Shown one piece after another: positions 49,630 to 58,454 of a stretch of 64,000 nt of DNA; the stretch's first letter is position 1; every line of letters begins with the position of its first letter. The position numbers were made by a program, and so were the translations under genes. Source of the stretch: Bdellovibrionales bacterium (GTDB lineage: Bacteria > Bdellovibrionota > Bdellovibrionia > Bdellovibrionales > UBA1609); the NCBI GenBank assembly GCA_015163875.1, contig JAAOIH010000001.1, forward strand, positions 81,641-145,640. The letters run 5' to 3'. The notes below the pieces were generated by a model, which was not told the origin of the DNA, searched no databases, and saw nothing but the letters and a program-made list of their open reading frames with translations.

Positions 49630-51189
49630 ATGAGTCGTTTTGGAAAAATATTATTTATTGTTGCAGGCGTATCTGTTTTATTATTAGCAATTACTAGATT
49701 TATTTTGGGAGGTTGGTTAAATTTTATGTTTTTTCCATTGGGAATTTTTTTAGTTAGCTTTGGTGTTGGGTTTATTATAGACATAAAATTTTATTTTGAA
49801 TTTTTAACAATAAAAACAACAAAAAATGGCTTAAGCATGCTTAGCGCCGTTATTTTATTTTTTTTAAGCCTTGTTTTTATTAATTATTTAGCAGTCCAAT
49901 ATCCTGCCTCGTGGGATCTAACTCAAGGAAAAATTAATTCTGTTTCTAAAGAAACAATAGCAGTATTAAACTCTCTAAAAGAGCCTTTAAAATTTAAAAT
50001 TTTTTACAGAGGCGAAAAAGACAAGGCAAGCAAGCTTGGAATTGTTAAGCAATTAAATATGTATAAAAAAGCCAGCACAAAAGTGGCCATTCAAAGCATA
50101 GACGCTTATGTAAATAATATTTTGTCTAAAAAATATTTAAAAGATGTTGGAACAATGAAGGCGGCGGTTGTATTTGTAGAATATTTAGAAAAAAAAGTAA
50201 AAATTGATGCTCCATTAAATGAAGAAAAAATTACCAAGGCCATTGTAAAGATTACGAGAACTAAAGTTTCGACTATTTATTTTACCACAGGTCACGGCGA
50301 AAGACCTTTGTCTGGTAAGGATTTAAACGGACTTAGCAGTTTTAAATTAGCATTAGAAGATTTTTCTTTTAAGGCCAATGAATTAAATTTAATTAAATCA
50401 CTAGCAATCCCTAATGATGCAGATGCAATAGCGATAATAGGGCCTCGTGGAGAGTTTTTAGGTCAAGAAATAAAACTACTATTAAAATTTGTAAGAGACG
50501 GCGGAAGTATTTTTATGGCAATAGACCCAGGTGCAAAACATAACTTAGCATTACTTAGCAAAAGTCTAGGCGTAGAGTTTAAAAATAATTATGTTATGAA
50601 CAACAGATTACAAGTTAAGGGAAGAGGCAGGGCGGGGGCATTGGGTTTAATTTTTTCAAAATCAAGTCCAATAACCAAATCTTTTGACGGGCAACAGTTT
50701 ATGCTTTTAGATTTAGCCAGCGAGTTAGTGCCAGACCCTAGGGCCAGCAATAATTTAGATGTAAAATTTTTAGTACAAAGCGCTCCGAATAGTTATTCAA
50801 TTAATGAGTTGTCAAAAAAAAATATTAAGACAGCATCTAAAAATGAACGAGGAATTATTTTAGGAGTAAGAGTAAAGGGAAAAGTAGATTTTTTAAAAAA
50901 AACAAAAACTACAAAAGCTAAAGATTTTTTGGGAGTAATTTTTGGAGACAGTGATTTTGTTTCTAATAAAGACTGGGCCATTGGTTTAAATAGCAACATT
51001 GCATTAAATATAATAGAATTTTTATTAAAAGAGGATAGCCTAATTAATATTAAGCCAAAAAAACCTGCTGGGACTAAAGTAACCTTAACAAGCTCGGATT
51101 CAAAAATATTAGTAATAGTTGGTATTTTTATACCACTTATTTGTTTAATTTTGGCGACCCTTTTGTGGTTTCGTAGAAAAAATTCTTAA
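49630..51189 (+). CDS. GldG-like ABC transport auxiliary component
   Basis: N-terminal TMs, a large extracytoplasmic domain carrying YFTTGHGE (the GldG-family hallmark as I recall it), and a C-terminal TM (ILVIVGIFIPLICLILATLLWF). Confidence 0.7.
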   Translation: MSRFGKILFIVAGVSVLLLAITRFILGGWLNFMFFPLGIFLVSFGVGFIIDIKFYFEFLTIKTTKNGLSMLSAVILFFLSLVFINYLAVQYPASWDLTQGKINSVSKETIAVLNSLKEPLKFKIFYRGEKDKASKLGIVKQLNMYKKASTKVAIQSIDAYVNNILSKKYLKDVGTMKAAVVFVEYLEKKVKIDAPLNEEKITKAIVKITRTKVSTIYFTTGHGERPLSGKDLNGLSSFKLALEDFSFKANELNLIKSLAIPNDADAIAIIGPRGEFLGQEIKLLLKFVRDGGSIFMAIDPGAKHNLALLSKSLGVEFKNNYVMNNRLQVKGRGRAGALGLIFSKSSPITKSFDGQQFMLLDLASELVPDPRASNNLDVKFLVQSAPNSYSINELSKKNIKTASKNERGIILGVRVKGKVDFLKKTKTTKAKDFLGVIFGDSDFVSNKDWAIGLNSNIALNIIEFLLKEDSLINIKPKKPAGTKVTLTSSDSKILVIVGIFIPLICLILATLLWFRRKNS

Positions 51190-51201
51190 TGGCAGTAATA
51201 T

Positions 51202-52917
51202 ATGAAGTGGTTTAAAAAAAATGGCATTTTATTTAGTATATTTTTAGCACTTGGATTGTTTAGTTATTTTGAGTTTCAAAAAAGTAAAACATTACTTACT
51301 AAAAAAATAAAATCAGAAAAATTATTTTTTAATATAAGCAAAAAAGATATTGTAGCTGTAGATTTTTATTCAAAGCCTAATAATAAATCAGAATCAAATA
51401 AAAGGACAAAGCCTAATAAAAAGTCGCAATCAAATAAAAGGCCAGAGCTAAATAAAAAATTAAAACTAGATTTTCAATTAAAAAATAAAAATAATCAGTG
51501 GTTTGTGATAAAACCAAAAAATAAAAATAAATATTCTATTAAAGATAATGCAAAAAAATCTTCTGTAAATATTTTTTTAAATAAAATTTTTTTAGAAAAA
51601 AAAGAAAAAGTCAGCCTTCAAGAAAGTTTGTCTAATTATGAACTAAGCAATCCAGATAAAAAAATTATTTTTTATGACTCAAATAAAAACAAGTATTCGT
51701 TATCTTTGGGGTCAGAATCTTTTGACAAAAAAAGATTTATATTAATTAAAGATCAAAAAGATGTATTTTTATCCAGCTCTAGCTTAAGTTTTATAGATAA
51801 TAAAAATTTTAATTTATTTAGATCAAAAAAACTATTTATTATATCACAGAACCAAAACCAAAACCAAAGCCAAAACCAAAGCCAAAGCCAGAACCAAGGC
51901 TCTGGTGATAGGGCGCAAGAGCAGGCTTATAAAGGTTTTGATAAAATTGTTATTAAAAATAAAAAAAATAATATTATCTTGCACAAAAAAAATAACTCAT
52001 GGAAAGGTTTATTAAATTTTAAAAAAAATATATTTGTAAAATTAGATAAAGCAAAAGTTGATAAATTTATTTCAACATTTAAACATTTAGAGGCTCAAAA
52101 CTTTATTAGAGAAAATAAAGTAAAATCTAAAAAGTTATTGCAGCAATATAATTTGTTACACCCAAAATTTTACTTATCTGTTTTTTTTAAAAATAAAAAA
52201 ATATGGACTATTAAAATTTCACAAGACGACAAAAATAAATTTGTATATGCCAAAATATCTAAAAAAACTACAATTTATAGCATTTTAAAAGAATCATATA
52301 AGTCTTTAAAAGTTTCTTTAAACAGCTTAAGAGACAGAACTTCTGTATTTAAAATAAATAAAAAAAATATAAACAAAATTTTTTATCAAGTAGGCAAGCG
52401 AAGAAGAAAAACTTTTAATTTGTTAAAAAATAGCCAAAATCAAAACAAAAACCAAGCCAATAACAAAAACAACAGCCAAAACCAAAACCAAAACAAAAAT
52501 AACCAAAGCCAAAACAAAAATAACCAAAGCCAAAAAAATAAAAAATTTATTAATTTGATTGCTTCAATTAGTAAATTAAAAATAGTTAAATTTATATCAA
52601 AACATAAATTTAAAAGTCAGCCAATTACACAAAGTTTATCTTTTATAGAAAACAATAAACCAGCACTAATAATTCAAGAACGCGGCATAATTAGCTCTCA
52701 AAAAAATAGCAAATTAAACGACCTAGTGGTTTTAGACTTGCAAAACTCACAAGAATATTTTGCAGTATCATCTAAACAGTGGAAAAGCCTGATAAAGAAA
52801 TTTTTATCAAAACCAAAACCAAAACCAAAACCAAAACCAAAACCAAAACCAAAACCAAAATCAAAACCAAAATCAAAATCAAAATCAAAATCAAAATCAA
52901 AACCAAAACCAAAATGA
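51202..52917 (+). CDS. hypothetical membrane-anchored low-complexity protein (possibly DUF4340-like, the usual GldG neighbour)
   Basis: N-terminal TM GILFSIFLALGLFSYF. Extremely K/N/Q-rich with several internal repeats (36-bp x2 at 51372-51443; QNQNQS tract at 51848-51901; N/Q/K tract at 52431-52545; KP/KS tail). The family guess is from gene context only. Confidence 0.5.
   Translation: MKWFKKNGILFSIFLALGLFSYFEFQKSKTLLTKKIKSEKLFFNISKKDIVAVDFYSKPNNKSESNKRTKPNKKSQSNKRPELNKKLKLDFQLKNKNNQWFVIKPKNKNKYSIKDNAKKSSVNIFLNKIFLEKKEKVSLQESLSNYELSNPDKKIIFYDSNKNKYSLSLGSESFDKKRFILIKDQKDVFLSSSSLSFIDNKNFNLFRSKKLFIISQNQNQNQSQNQSQSQNQGSGDRAQEQAYKGFDKIVIKNKKNNIILHKKNNSWKGLLNFKKNIFVKLDKAKVDKFISTFKHLEAQNFIRENKVKSKKLLQQYNLLHPKFYLSVFFKNKKIWTIKISQDDKNKFVYAKISKKTTIYSILKESYKSLKVSLNSLRDRTSVFKINKKNINKIFYQVGKRRRKTFNLLKNSQNQNKNQANNKNNSQNQNQNKNNQSQNKNNQSQKNKKFINLIASISKLKIVKFISKHKFKSQPITQSLSFIENNKPALIIQERGIISSQKNSKLNDLVVLDLQNSQEYFAVSSKQWKSLIKKFLSKPKPKPKPKPKPKPKPKSKPKSKSKSKSKSKPKPK
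52809..52910 (+). repeat. hexanucleotide microsatellite, 17 units: (AAAACC)8 AAAATC AAAACC (AAAATC)5 (AAAACC)2
   Basis: Counted by hand. It encodes the (KP)n(KS)n C-terminal tail of the 51202-52917 protein and runs straight into the ATGA stop/start overlap at 52914-52917. Confidence 0.95.
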
Positions 52918-54059
52918 AGAAATATTTTTGTAAAGTAAAATCTCCCTCTAGGGTTGATTTATCTGGTGGCACCTTAGACTGCTGGCCGCTGTATTTATAT
53001 TTTTTGCCAGTAAGCACAGTTAATGCGTCTATTAATATTTATACTCAGGTAGAGCTTGTTTTGCAAAAAACAAAAATTACTATCGAGCTACCAGATTTAA
53101 ATAAAAAATATAGCTTTGCCTCTGTAAAAGAATGCCTAAAAAGTAAAGACAGACATTTGTCTTTGCTACAAGCTCAATTAGAATTTTGGAAACCAAAATC
53201 AGATGTATATTTTAAAATTATAATTAAATCTGATAGCCCTATTGGCGCGGGACTTGGCTCAAGCTCTAGTTTGTGTGTTAGTTTTGCAAAAGTGTTTCAA
53301 GATTTTGCTAAAAATAATTTTTGCACTAAACCTGTAAAAGATATTTTAAAAAATAATGAATTTTCTACCAACCAGATAGTTAATTTGTCATCTAACCTAG
53401 AGGCTAAGGTTTTAAAAATGCCAACTGGAACTCAAGATTACTTTCCGGCAATTAATAGCGGATTGCACATTATAGATTATAGCCAAATGGGATTTACAGA
53501 TAATATATTAAATGCCAAATACTTAGATAATTTAGAAAAACATTTGTCATTAGTTTACACTGGTCAGCCTCACAATTCAGGAATTAGTAATTGGAAGGTC
53601 ATTAAAGATTATTTAGATGGCTCTAAAAATTTAAGCCTAGTACTTAAAGGCCTGTCAGATGTATCAAAAGAAATGAAAAATTTATTCCAAAACCTAGAAA
53701 AAAACCAAGCCAAAACTCAAGCCCAAACCAAAAACATAGAAAAAGCTCAAACCAAAAACCTAGAAAAAACCAAAACTCAAATTCAAACACAATCTAAAAT
53801 CTTTGAACAAATTCCGCAGCTTTTTGCAAAAGAGTTATCTTTAAGAAAAAAACTAAACTCCAGCTTTATAACAACAGAAATAGAAAATTTGCGAGGTTTG
53901 GCTTTAAAATTTGGAGGAAAAGAGATTAAAGTTTGCGGAGCAGGCTCTGGAGGCTGTGTTCTTGTGTGGGTTGATCCAGAAAAAAAACTTTCATTGCAAA
54001 AAAATTTAAAAAAACATAAGTATAAAGTCTTAGATTTTAACTTTGTTAATAAAAAATAA
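52914..54059 (+). CDS. GHMP-family sugar kinase (HddA/fucokinase-like)
   Basis: SPSRVDLSGGTLDCWPLY N-terminal motif, GHMP motif II PIGAGLGSSSSL, motif III CGAGSGGCVLVW. I moved the start to ATG 52914 because the track start at 52779 only reads through the microsatellite. There is an internal Q/T/K low-complexity insert (53689-53795). Confidence 0.8.
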   Translation: MKKYFCKVKSPSRVDLSGGTLDCWPLYLYFLPVSTVNASINIYTQVELVLQKTKITIELPDLNKKYSFASVKECLKSKDRHLSLLQAQLEFWKPKSDVYFKIIIKSDSPIGAGLGSSSSLCVSFAKVFQDFAKNNFCTKPVKDILKNNEFSTNQIVNLSSNLEAKVLKMPTGTQDYFPAINSGLHIIDYSQMGFTDNILNAKYLDNLEKHLSLVYTGQPHNSGISNWKVIKDYLDGSKNLSLVLKGLSDVSKEMKNLFQNLEKNQAKTQAQTKNIEKAQTKNLEKTKTQIQTQSKIFEQIPQLFAKELSLRKKLNSSFITTEIENLRGLALKFGGKEIKVCGAGSGGCVLVWVDPEKKLSLQKNLKKHKYKVLDFNFVNKK

Positions 54060-54069
54060 TGGAGCACAA

Positions 54070-55257
54070 ATGTCAATAGGACTAATTATTATAGGCTTAT
54101 TAAATATAATAATAATTGTATTTTTATACTTATTAATAACAAATAACAGAGAAGCCGAATCAAAAAACAGAAAAGAGTTAAGAGAAATTTTTAAATCTTT
54201 TCAAGATTCATTATTAAAAACAATTTCAGATGCTAGAAAAGAATCTAACCAAACAATGATAGATAATCGCAAAGATATTAAAGAATCTGTAAAAGATCTT
54301 AAGTCTGTTGTAGACACACAGCTAAAAGATATTAGAGAAGACAACAATAAGCAAATTACAGAAATGCGAAAAACAGTTGACGAAAAATTACAAACTACTT
54401 TAGAAAAACGATTGGGAGAATCTTTTAAACAAGTTGGAGACAGATTAGATTTAGTGCACAAAGGTTTAGGCGAAATGCAAAACATTGCAGTTGGAGTTGG
54501 AGATTTAAAAAAAGTTTTATCAAATGTTAAAACTCGCGGCATTTTAGGTGAATATCAATTAGGAAATATTTTAGAACAAATTTTATCACCACACCAATAC
54601 TCAAGTAATGTAGCAACAAAAAAAGGCAGCCAAGCAAATGTTGAATATGCTGTAAAATTACCAGGACACGAAAAAGGCTCGGAGCTTTGGATACCAATCG
54701 ATTCTAAATTTCCATTAGAAAGTTATAACGAATTGATGTCTGCATATGATGTTGGCAACAAAGCAGCAATAGAAACTTCTGAAAAAAAATTATTAAAATC
54801 AATAGAATTATTTGCAAAAGAAATTTCTGAAAAATATTTAGATCCACCTCATACAACTAATTTTGCAGTTATGTTTTTACCAGTGGAGGGTCTATATGCC
54901 GAAGTATTAAGACATCCGGGATTATTTGAAACCTTGCAAAGAAAACACAGCATCACAATAGTTGGCCCTACAACTTTGTCTGCTTTTTTAAATAGTTTAC
55001 AAATGGGATACCGAACTTTAGCCTTGCAAAAACGAAGTAGCGAAGTGTGGAAGGTGTTGTCAGCGGTAAAAGGTGAGTTTGAAAAATTCACCACACAACT
55101 TGCAAAAGTAAATAAACAATTGCGAACAGCAAGTGGATCGCTAGAGGAGCTAGAAAATAAAAGAACAACCGCAATGTCTAGAAAATTGCAATCAGTAGAG
55201 ACAATAGACTCAATAGACAACGAAGAAGTTCTAGACCTACCCCCGCCAACAAGATAA
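54070..55257 (+). CDS. rmuC: DNA recombination protein RmuC
   Basis: N-terminal TM, a long coiled-coil, and a C-terminal RmuC nuclease-like core (WIPIDSKFPLESY, AVMFLPVEGLY). Start placed at ATG 54070, with GGAG 5 nt upstream. Confidence 0.85.
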   Translation: MSIGLIIIGLLNIIIIVFLYLLITNNREAESKNRKELREIFKSFQDSLLKTISDARKESNQTMIDNRKDIKESVKDLKSVVDTQLKDIREDNNKQITEMRKTVDEKLQTTLEKRLGESFKQVGDRLDLVHKGLGEMQNIAVGVGDLKKVLSNVKTRGILGEYQLGNILEQILSPHQYSSNVATKKGSQANVEYAVKLPGHEKGSELWIPIDSKFPLESYNELMSAYDVGNKAAIETSEKKLLKSIELFAKEISEKYLDPPHTTNFAVMFLPVEGLYAEVLRHPGLFETLQRKHSITIVGPTTLSAFLNSLQMGYRTLALQKRSSEVWKVLSAVKGEFEKFTTQLAKVNKQLRTASGSLEELENKRTTAMSRKLQSVETIDSIDNEEVLDLPPPTR

Positions 55258-55293
55258 GCTTTCAACACATACTAACATATTAAGGAGTTTTTA

Positions 55294-56304
55294 ATGAAAT
55301 TTTTGTCCATAGTTTTTATATCGTTATTTTTAATTATGCAAATATCACAAACTGTAAAAGCTGGAACGCTTGCCAATGTAAAAAAAAATAAATTAATTAA
55401 GTGTGGAGTAAGCACTGGACTTGTTGGGTTTTCTGCACCTAATAGCAAGGGAAAATGGTCAGGCCTTGATGTTGATTTTTGCAAAGCCCTGTCTTCTGCA
55501 ATTTTTGGATCACCAAATAAAGTAAAATTTATTCCACTAAGTGCGCAGCAAAGATTTACAGCTCTTCAATCTGGCGAGGTGGATATTTTATCTCGTAACA
55601 CTACTAGAAATTTAAGCAGAGAAACTAACTTAGGTTTTAATTTTGCTCCCGTAATGTATTATGACGGACAAGCTTTTATAGTGAAAAAAAAATCTAAAGC
55701 TAAATCAGTTAAAGATTTAAGTGGCGCAACTATTTGCACTCAGCAAGGTACTAGCACAGAGCAAAACTTAGCAGCTTATTTTAGAAAACATAAATTAAAA
55801 TTAAAAGTAAAAGTTTTTGAATCATTTGAAGAATCTACTAAAACTTTTGTTCAAGGCGCTTGTGACGCTTACACCTCTGACAAATCAAGTCTCGCTATTT
55901 TTAATGTTAAATTTAAATCTGGATTTAAAATTTTACCAGAAATTATTTCTAAAGAACCTTTAGCTCCGGCAGTTAGACACGGCGATGATCAATGGCTAGA
56001 TATTGTTTCGTGGACAGTTTATGCTTTAGTTGCAGCAGAAGAACTTGGATTAAATTCTAAAAATATTCACAAACATTTAAAGTCTAGAGATTTAAATATT
56101 AGAAAATTTGTAGGCGCAACAAAAGGTAACGGCAAAGCATTGGGATTAAGTAAAAGATGGTCATATAATATTGTTAAACAAGTTGGAAACTACGGCGAAA
56201 TTTTTTCTAAAAATGTAGGAAAAAAATCTATTTTAAAAATTAAAAGAGGCTTAAATAATCTTTGGACAAAATCTGGCTTAATGTATTCACCTCCAATGAA
56301 GTAA
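55294..56304 (+). CDS. amino-acid ABC transporter substrate-binding protein (AapJ/BztA-like)
   Basis: Signal peptide. Type-3 SBP pattern (LIKCGVSTGLVGFS, DILSRNTT). 336 aa. Followed by two large permeases and a GlnQ-type ATPase. Confidence 0.8.
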   Translation: MKFLSIVFISLFLIMQISQTVKAGTLANVKKNKLIKCGVSTGLVGFSAPNSKGKWSGLDVDFCKALSSAIFGSPNKVKFIPLSAQQRFTALQSGEVDILSRNTTRNLSRETNLGFNFAPVMYYDGQAFIVKKKSKAKSVKDLSGATICTQQGTSTEQNLAAYFRKHKLKLKVKVFESFEESTKTFVQGACDAYTSDKSSLAIFNVKFKSGFKILPEIISKEPLAPAVRHGDDQWLDIVSWTVYALVAAEELGLNSKNIHKHLKSRDLNIRKFVGATKGNGKALGLSKRWSYNIVKQVGNYGEIFSKNVGKKSILKIKRGLNNLWTKSGLMYSPPMK

Positions 56305-56464
56305 ATACAGATTTTCACAGATAAAAACTTTTAATTTATATCGAAGTACTACTCCTACTGTCTATATTTTATCAAGTTCATAAAGGAGAAAAATGGAGCA
56401 AGAATGAGGATTATCGCACAGAAATTATTCCTTTTACAAAATTTTGCAAAGAAGTTTTAAAAAT

Positions 56465-57415
56465 ATGAAACAAAAAAATATTATTCAAATTATTATTTTA
56501 TTCTTTGTTATTGCTGCATTAGGATTTGTAATTTATAACACTCAACAAAAAATTGCGGCTCAAAATATTTCTTCAGGCTTTGATTTTTTACAAGACGAAG
56601 CCTCTTTTGAAATCAGTGAAAGTTTAATTGAGTATTCATCTTTTGATACTTACAAAAAAGCCTTAACAGTTGGCCTTTTAAATACTTTAAAGGTTTCTAT
56701 TTTAGGAAACATATTGGCGCTTTTACTAGGAATATTAATTGGCATAAGTCTTTTAAGCCAAAACATATTATTAAAAAAACTTTGTCAAAGTTATGTAGAA
56801 ATAATGCGAAACACTCCGCTGCTGTTGCAATTATTTTTTTGGTACGCAATTATGAACAGCTTGCTACCAGCGCCGCAAGAGGCAATATCTTTTGCCGGAA
56901 CTTTTTTTTCTAACCGCGGAATTTCTATCCCGTGGTTTGAGTTTAGTAGTTTTAGTTGGTCCTACCCAAAATTTAAATCTTTTAATTTTGAGGGAGGCTA
57001 CACTTTGTCTTTAGAATTTGTAGCATTACTTTTTGGACTAGTAGTTTACACCTCAGCTTTTATTGCAGAAATTGTACGAGCAGGTTTGCTTAGCGTTCAA
57101 AAAGGCCAATGGGAGGCTAGCAAAACTTTAGGTTTGTCGGCATGGCAAAGTATTAGATTTGTTATTTTTCCGCAAGCATTGCGAGTTGCAATACCTCCAC
57201 TAACAAGTCAGATATTAAATTTAACAAAAAATAGCTCTTTAGCTGTAGCAATTGCATTTCCAGATTTTGTTTCTGTCGCAAATACTACAATGAACCAAAC
57301 AGGCCAAGCCTTAGAAGTTATTTTGCTTATTTTATTAGTTTACTTAACTTTTTCTTTGCTAACTGCAGCCTTTATGAATTGGTATAATAAAAAAATCTCA
57401 CTAGTAGAAAGATAA
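56465..57415 (+). CDS. amino-acid ABC transporter permease (AapQ/BztB-like)
   Basis: Polar amino-acid permease signature region EIVRAGLLSVQKGQWEASKTLGLS. Start moved to ATG 56465. Confidence 0.8.
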   Translation: MKQKNIIQIIILFFVIAALGFVIYNTQQKIAAQNISSGFDFLQDEASFEISESLIEYSSFDTYKKALTVGLLNTLKVSILGNILALLLGILIGISLLSQNILLKKLCQSYVEIMRNTPLLLQLFFWYAIMNSLLPAPQEAISFAGTFFSNRGISIPWFEFSSFSWSYPKFKSFNFEGGYTLSLEFVALLFGLVVYTSAFIAEIVRAGLLSVQKGQWEASKTLGLSAWQSIRFVIFPQALRVAIPPLTSQILNLTKNSSLAVAIAFPDFVSVANTTMNQTGQALEVILLILLVYLTFSLLTAAFMNWYNKKISLVER

Positions 57416-57416
57416 T

Positions 57417-58454
57417 ATGAATTTAAAAAATATTAAAAATAATTTATTTAAAGATTATTTAAATTCTACAATTAGCACGATGCTAATTATTGGATTATTT
57501 TACACAGCATACTATTTATTTTTATATTTTATAGTTAACGGAATATGGAATGGCGACGCCGACACTTGCCGAGCTAGCCAAGGATTTTGTTGGTCATTTA
57601 TAAGAGCAAAGTTTCAATATATTTTAGTGGGCTTATATCCAGATGATAAATTATGGCGACCAATTTCTGCGTTCATATTATTTATTGGTTTTATTTCATA
57701 CATCAAGCACCCAAAAAATTGGAGCAGCAAAAATTTTTCATACTTTGTAATAACATTATTACTTTGCGCATTTTTAATTCGTGGAGGTTTTTTTGGTTTA
57801 TCACTAGTAGATAGCGAACAATGGGGAGGATTGCTACTAACAATTATAGTTGCAGTATGCGGAGTAATAGTAGCATATCCATTGGGAGTTTTATTAGCAC
57901 TTGCAAGGCGAAGCTCACTTCCATTATTAAAATATTTATCTATTTTATACATAGAATTTATCAGGGGCATTCCATTAATTAGCTTACTATTTATGTCGGC
58001 AGTACTTTTGCCATTATTTTTACCAGAGGGAGTAGAAATTGGAAAATTATTTCGCGCGCAAGTTGCAATGATAATGTTTTTTTCAGCATACATGGCAGAA
58101 ATTGTTAGGGGAGGTTTGCAGTCAATTTCAAACGGCCAATACGAGGGCGCAGAAAGTTTAGGTTTAAACTATTATCAAAAAATGCGAAAAGTAATTTTAC
58201 CACAAGCTTTAAAAGTTGTAATCCCTCCAACGGTAAACACAATTATAGGTTTTTTTAAAGATACTTCACTTTTAGTAATCATTGCATTATTTGATTTAAT
58301 GTACACGGCAAAGGCTTCTGTAACAGATCCAAAGTGGGTTGGCTTTAGTTTAGAGTCATATTTATTTATCGCAGTAATTTATTTTATACTATGTTTAATG
58401 ATGGGAAATTATGCAAAATATTTAGAAAAATATTTAAAAAAGGAAAACTTATGA
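57417..58454 (+). CDS. amino-acid ABC transporter permease (AapM/BztC-like)
   Basis: [23 protein letters not shown] signature. Multi-TM. 345 aa. Confidence 0.8.
   Translation: MNLKNIKNNLFKDYLNSTISTMLIIGLFYTAYYLFLYFIVNGIWNGDADTCRASQGFCWSFIRAKFQYILVGLYPDDKLWRPISAFILFIGFISYIKHPKNWSSKNFSYFVITLLLCAFLIRGGFFGLSLVDSEQWGGLLLTIIVAVCGVIVAYPLGVLLALARRSSLPLLKYLSILYIEFIRGIPLISLLFMSAVLLPLFLPEGVEIGKLFRAQVAMIMFFSAYMAEIVRGGLQSISNGQYEGAESLGLNYYQKMRKVILPQALKVVIPPTVNTIIGFFKDTSLLVIIALFDLMYTAKASVTDPKWVGFSLESYLFIAVIYFILCLMMGNYAKYLEKYLKKENL

Noticed and set aside
52772-53017. Minus-strand 81-aa ORF (LVLVLILILI...) and the 52779 start of the + strand 426-aa ORF (KTKTKIKIK...)
   Set aside because: Both are alternative-frame readings of the hexanucleotide microsatellite. 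The kinase homology begins at the ATG at 52914.
57614-58093. 159-aa minus-strand ORF. Similar long antisense ORFs occur at 54849-55268, 54201-54542, 46774-47139, 37631-37978, 35577-35939 and 45516-45815.
   Set aside because: Each lies fully antisense within a confidently identified gene (permease, rmuC, NFACT, basic protein, lpxB, pilR). They have biased, low-complexity or hydrophobic composition typical of antisense frames in AT-rich DNA, and none has an SD.
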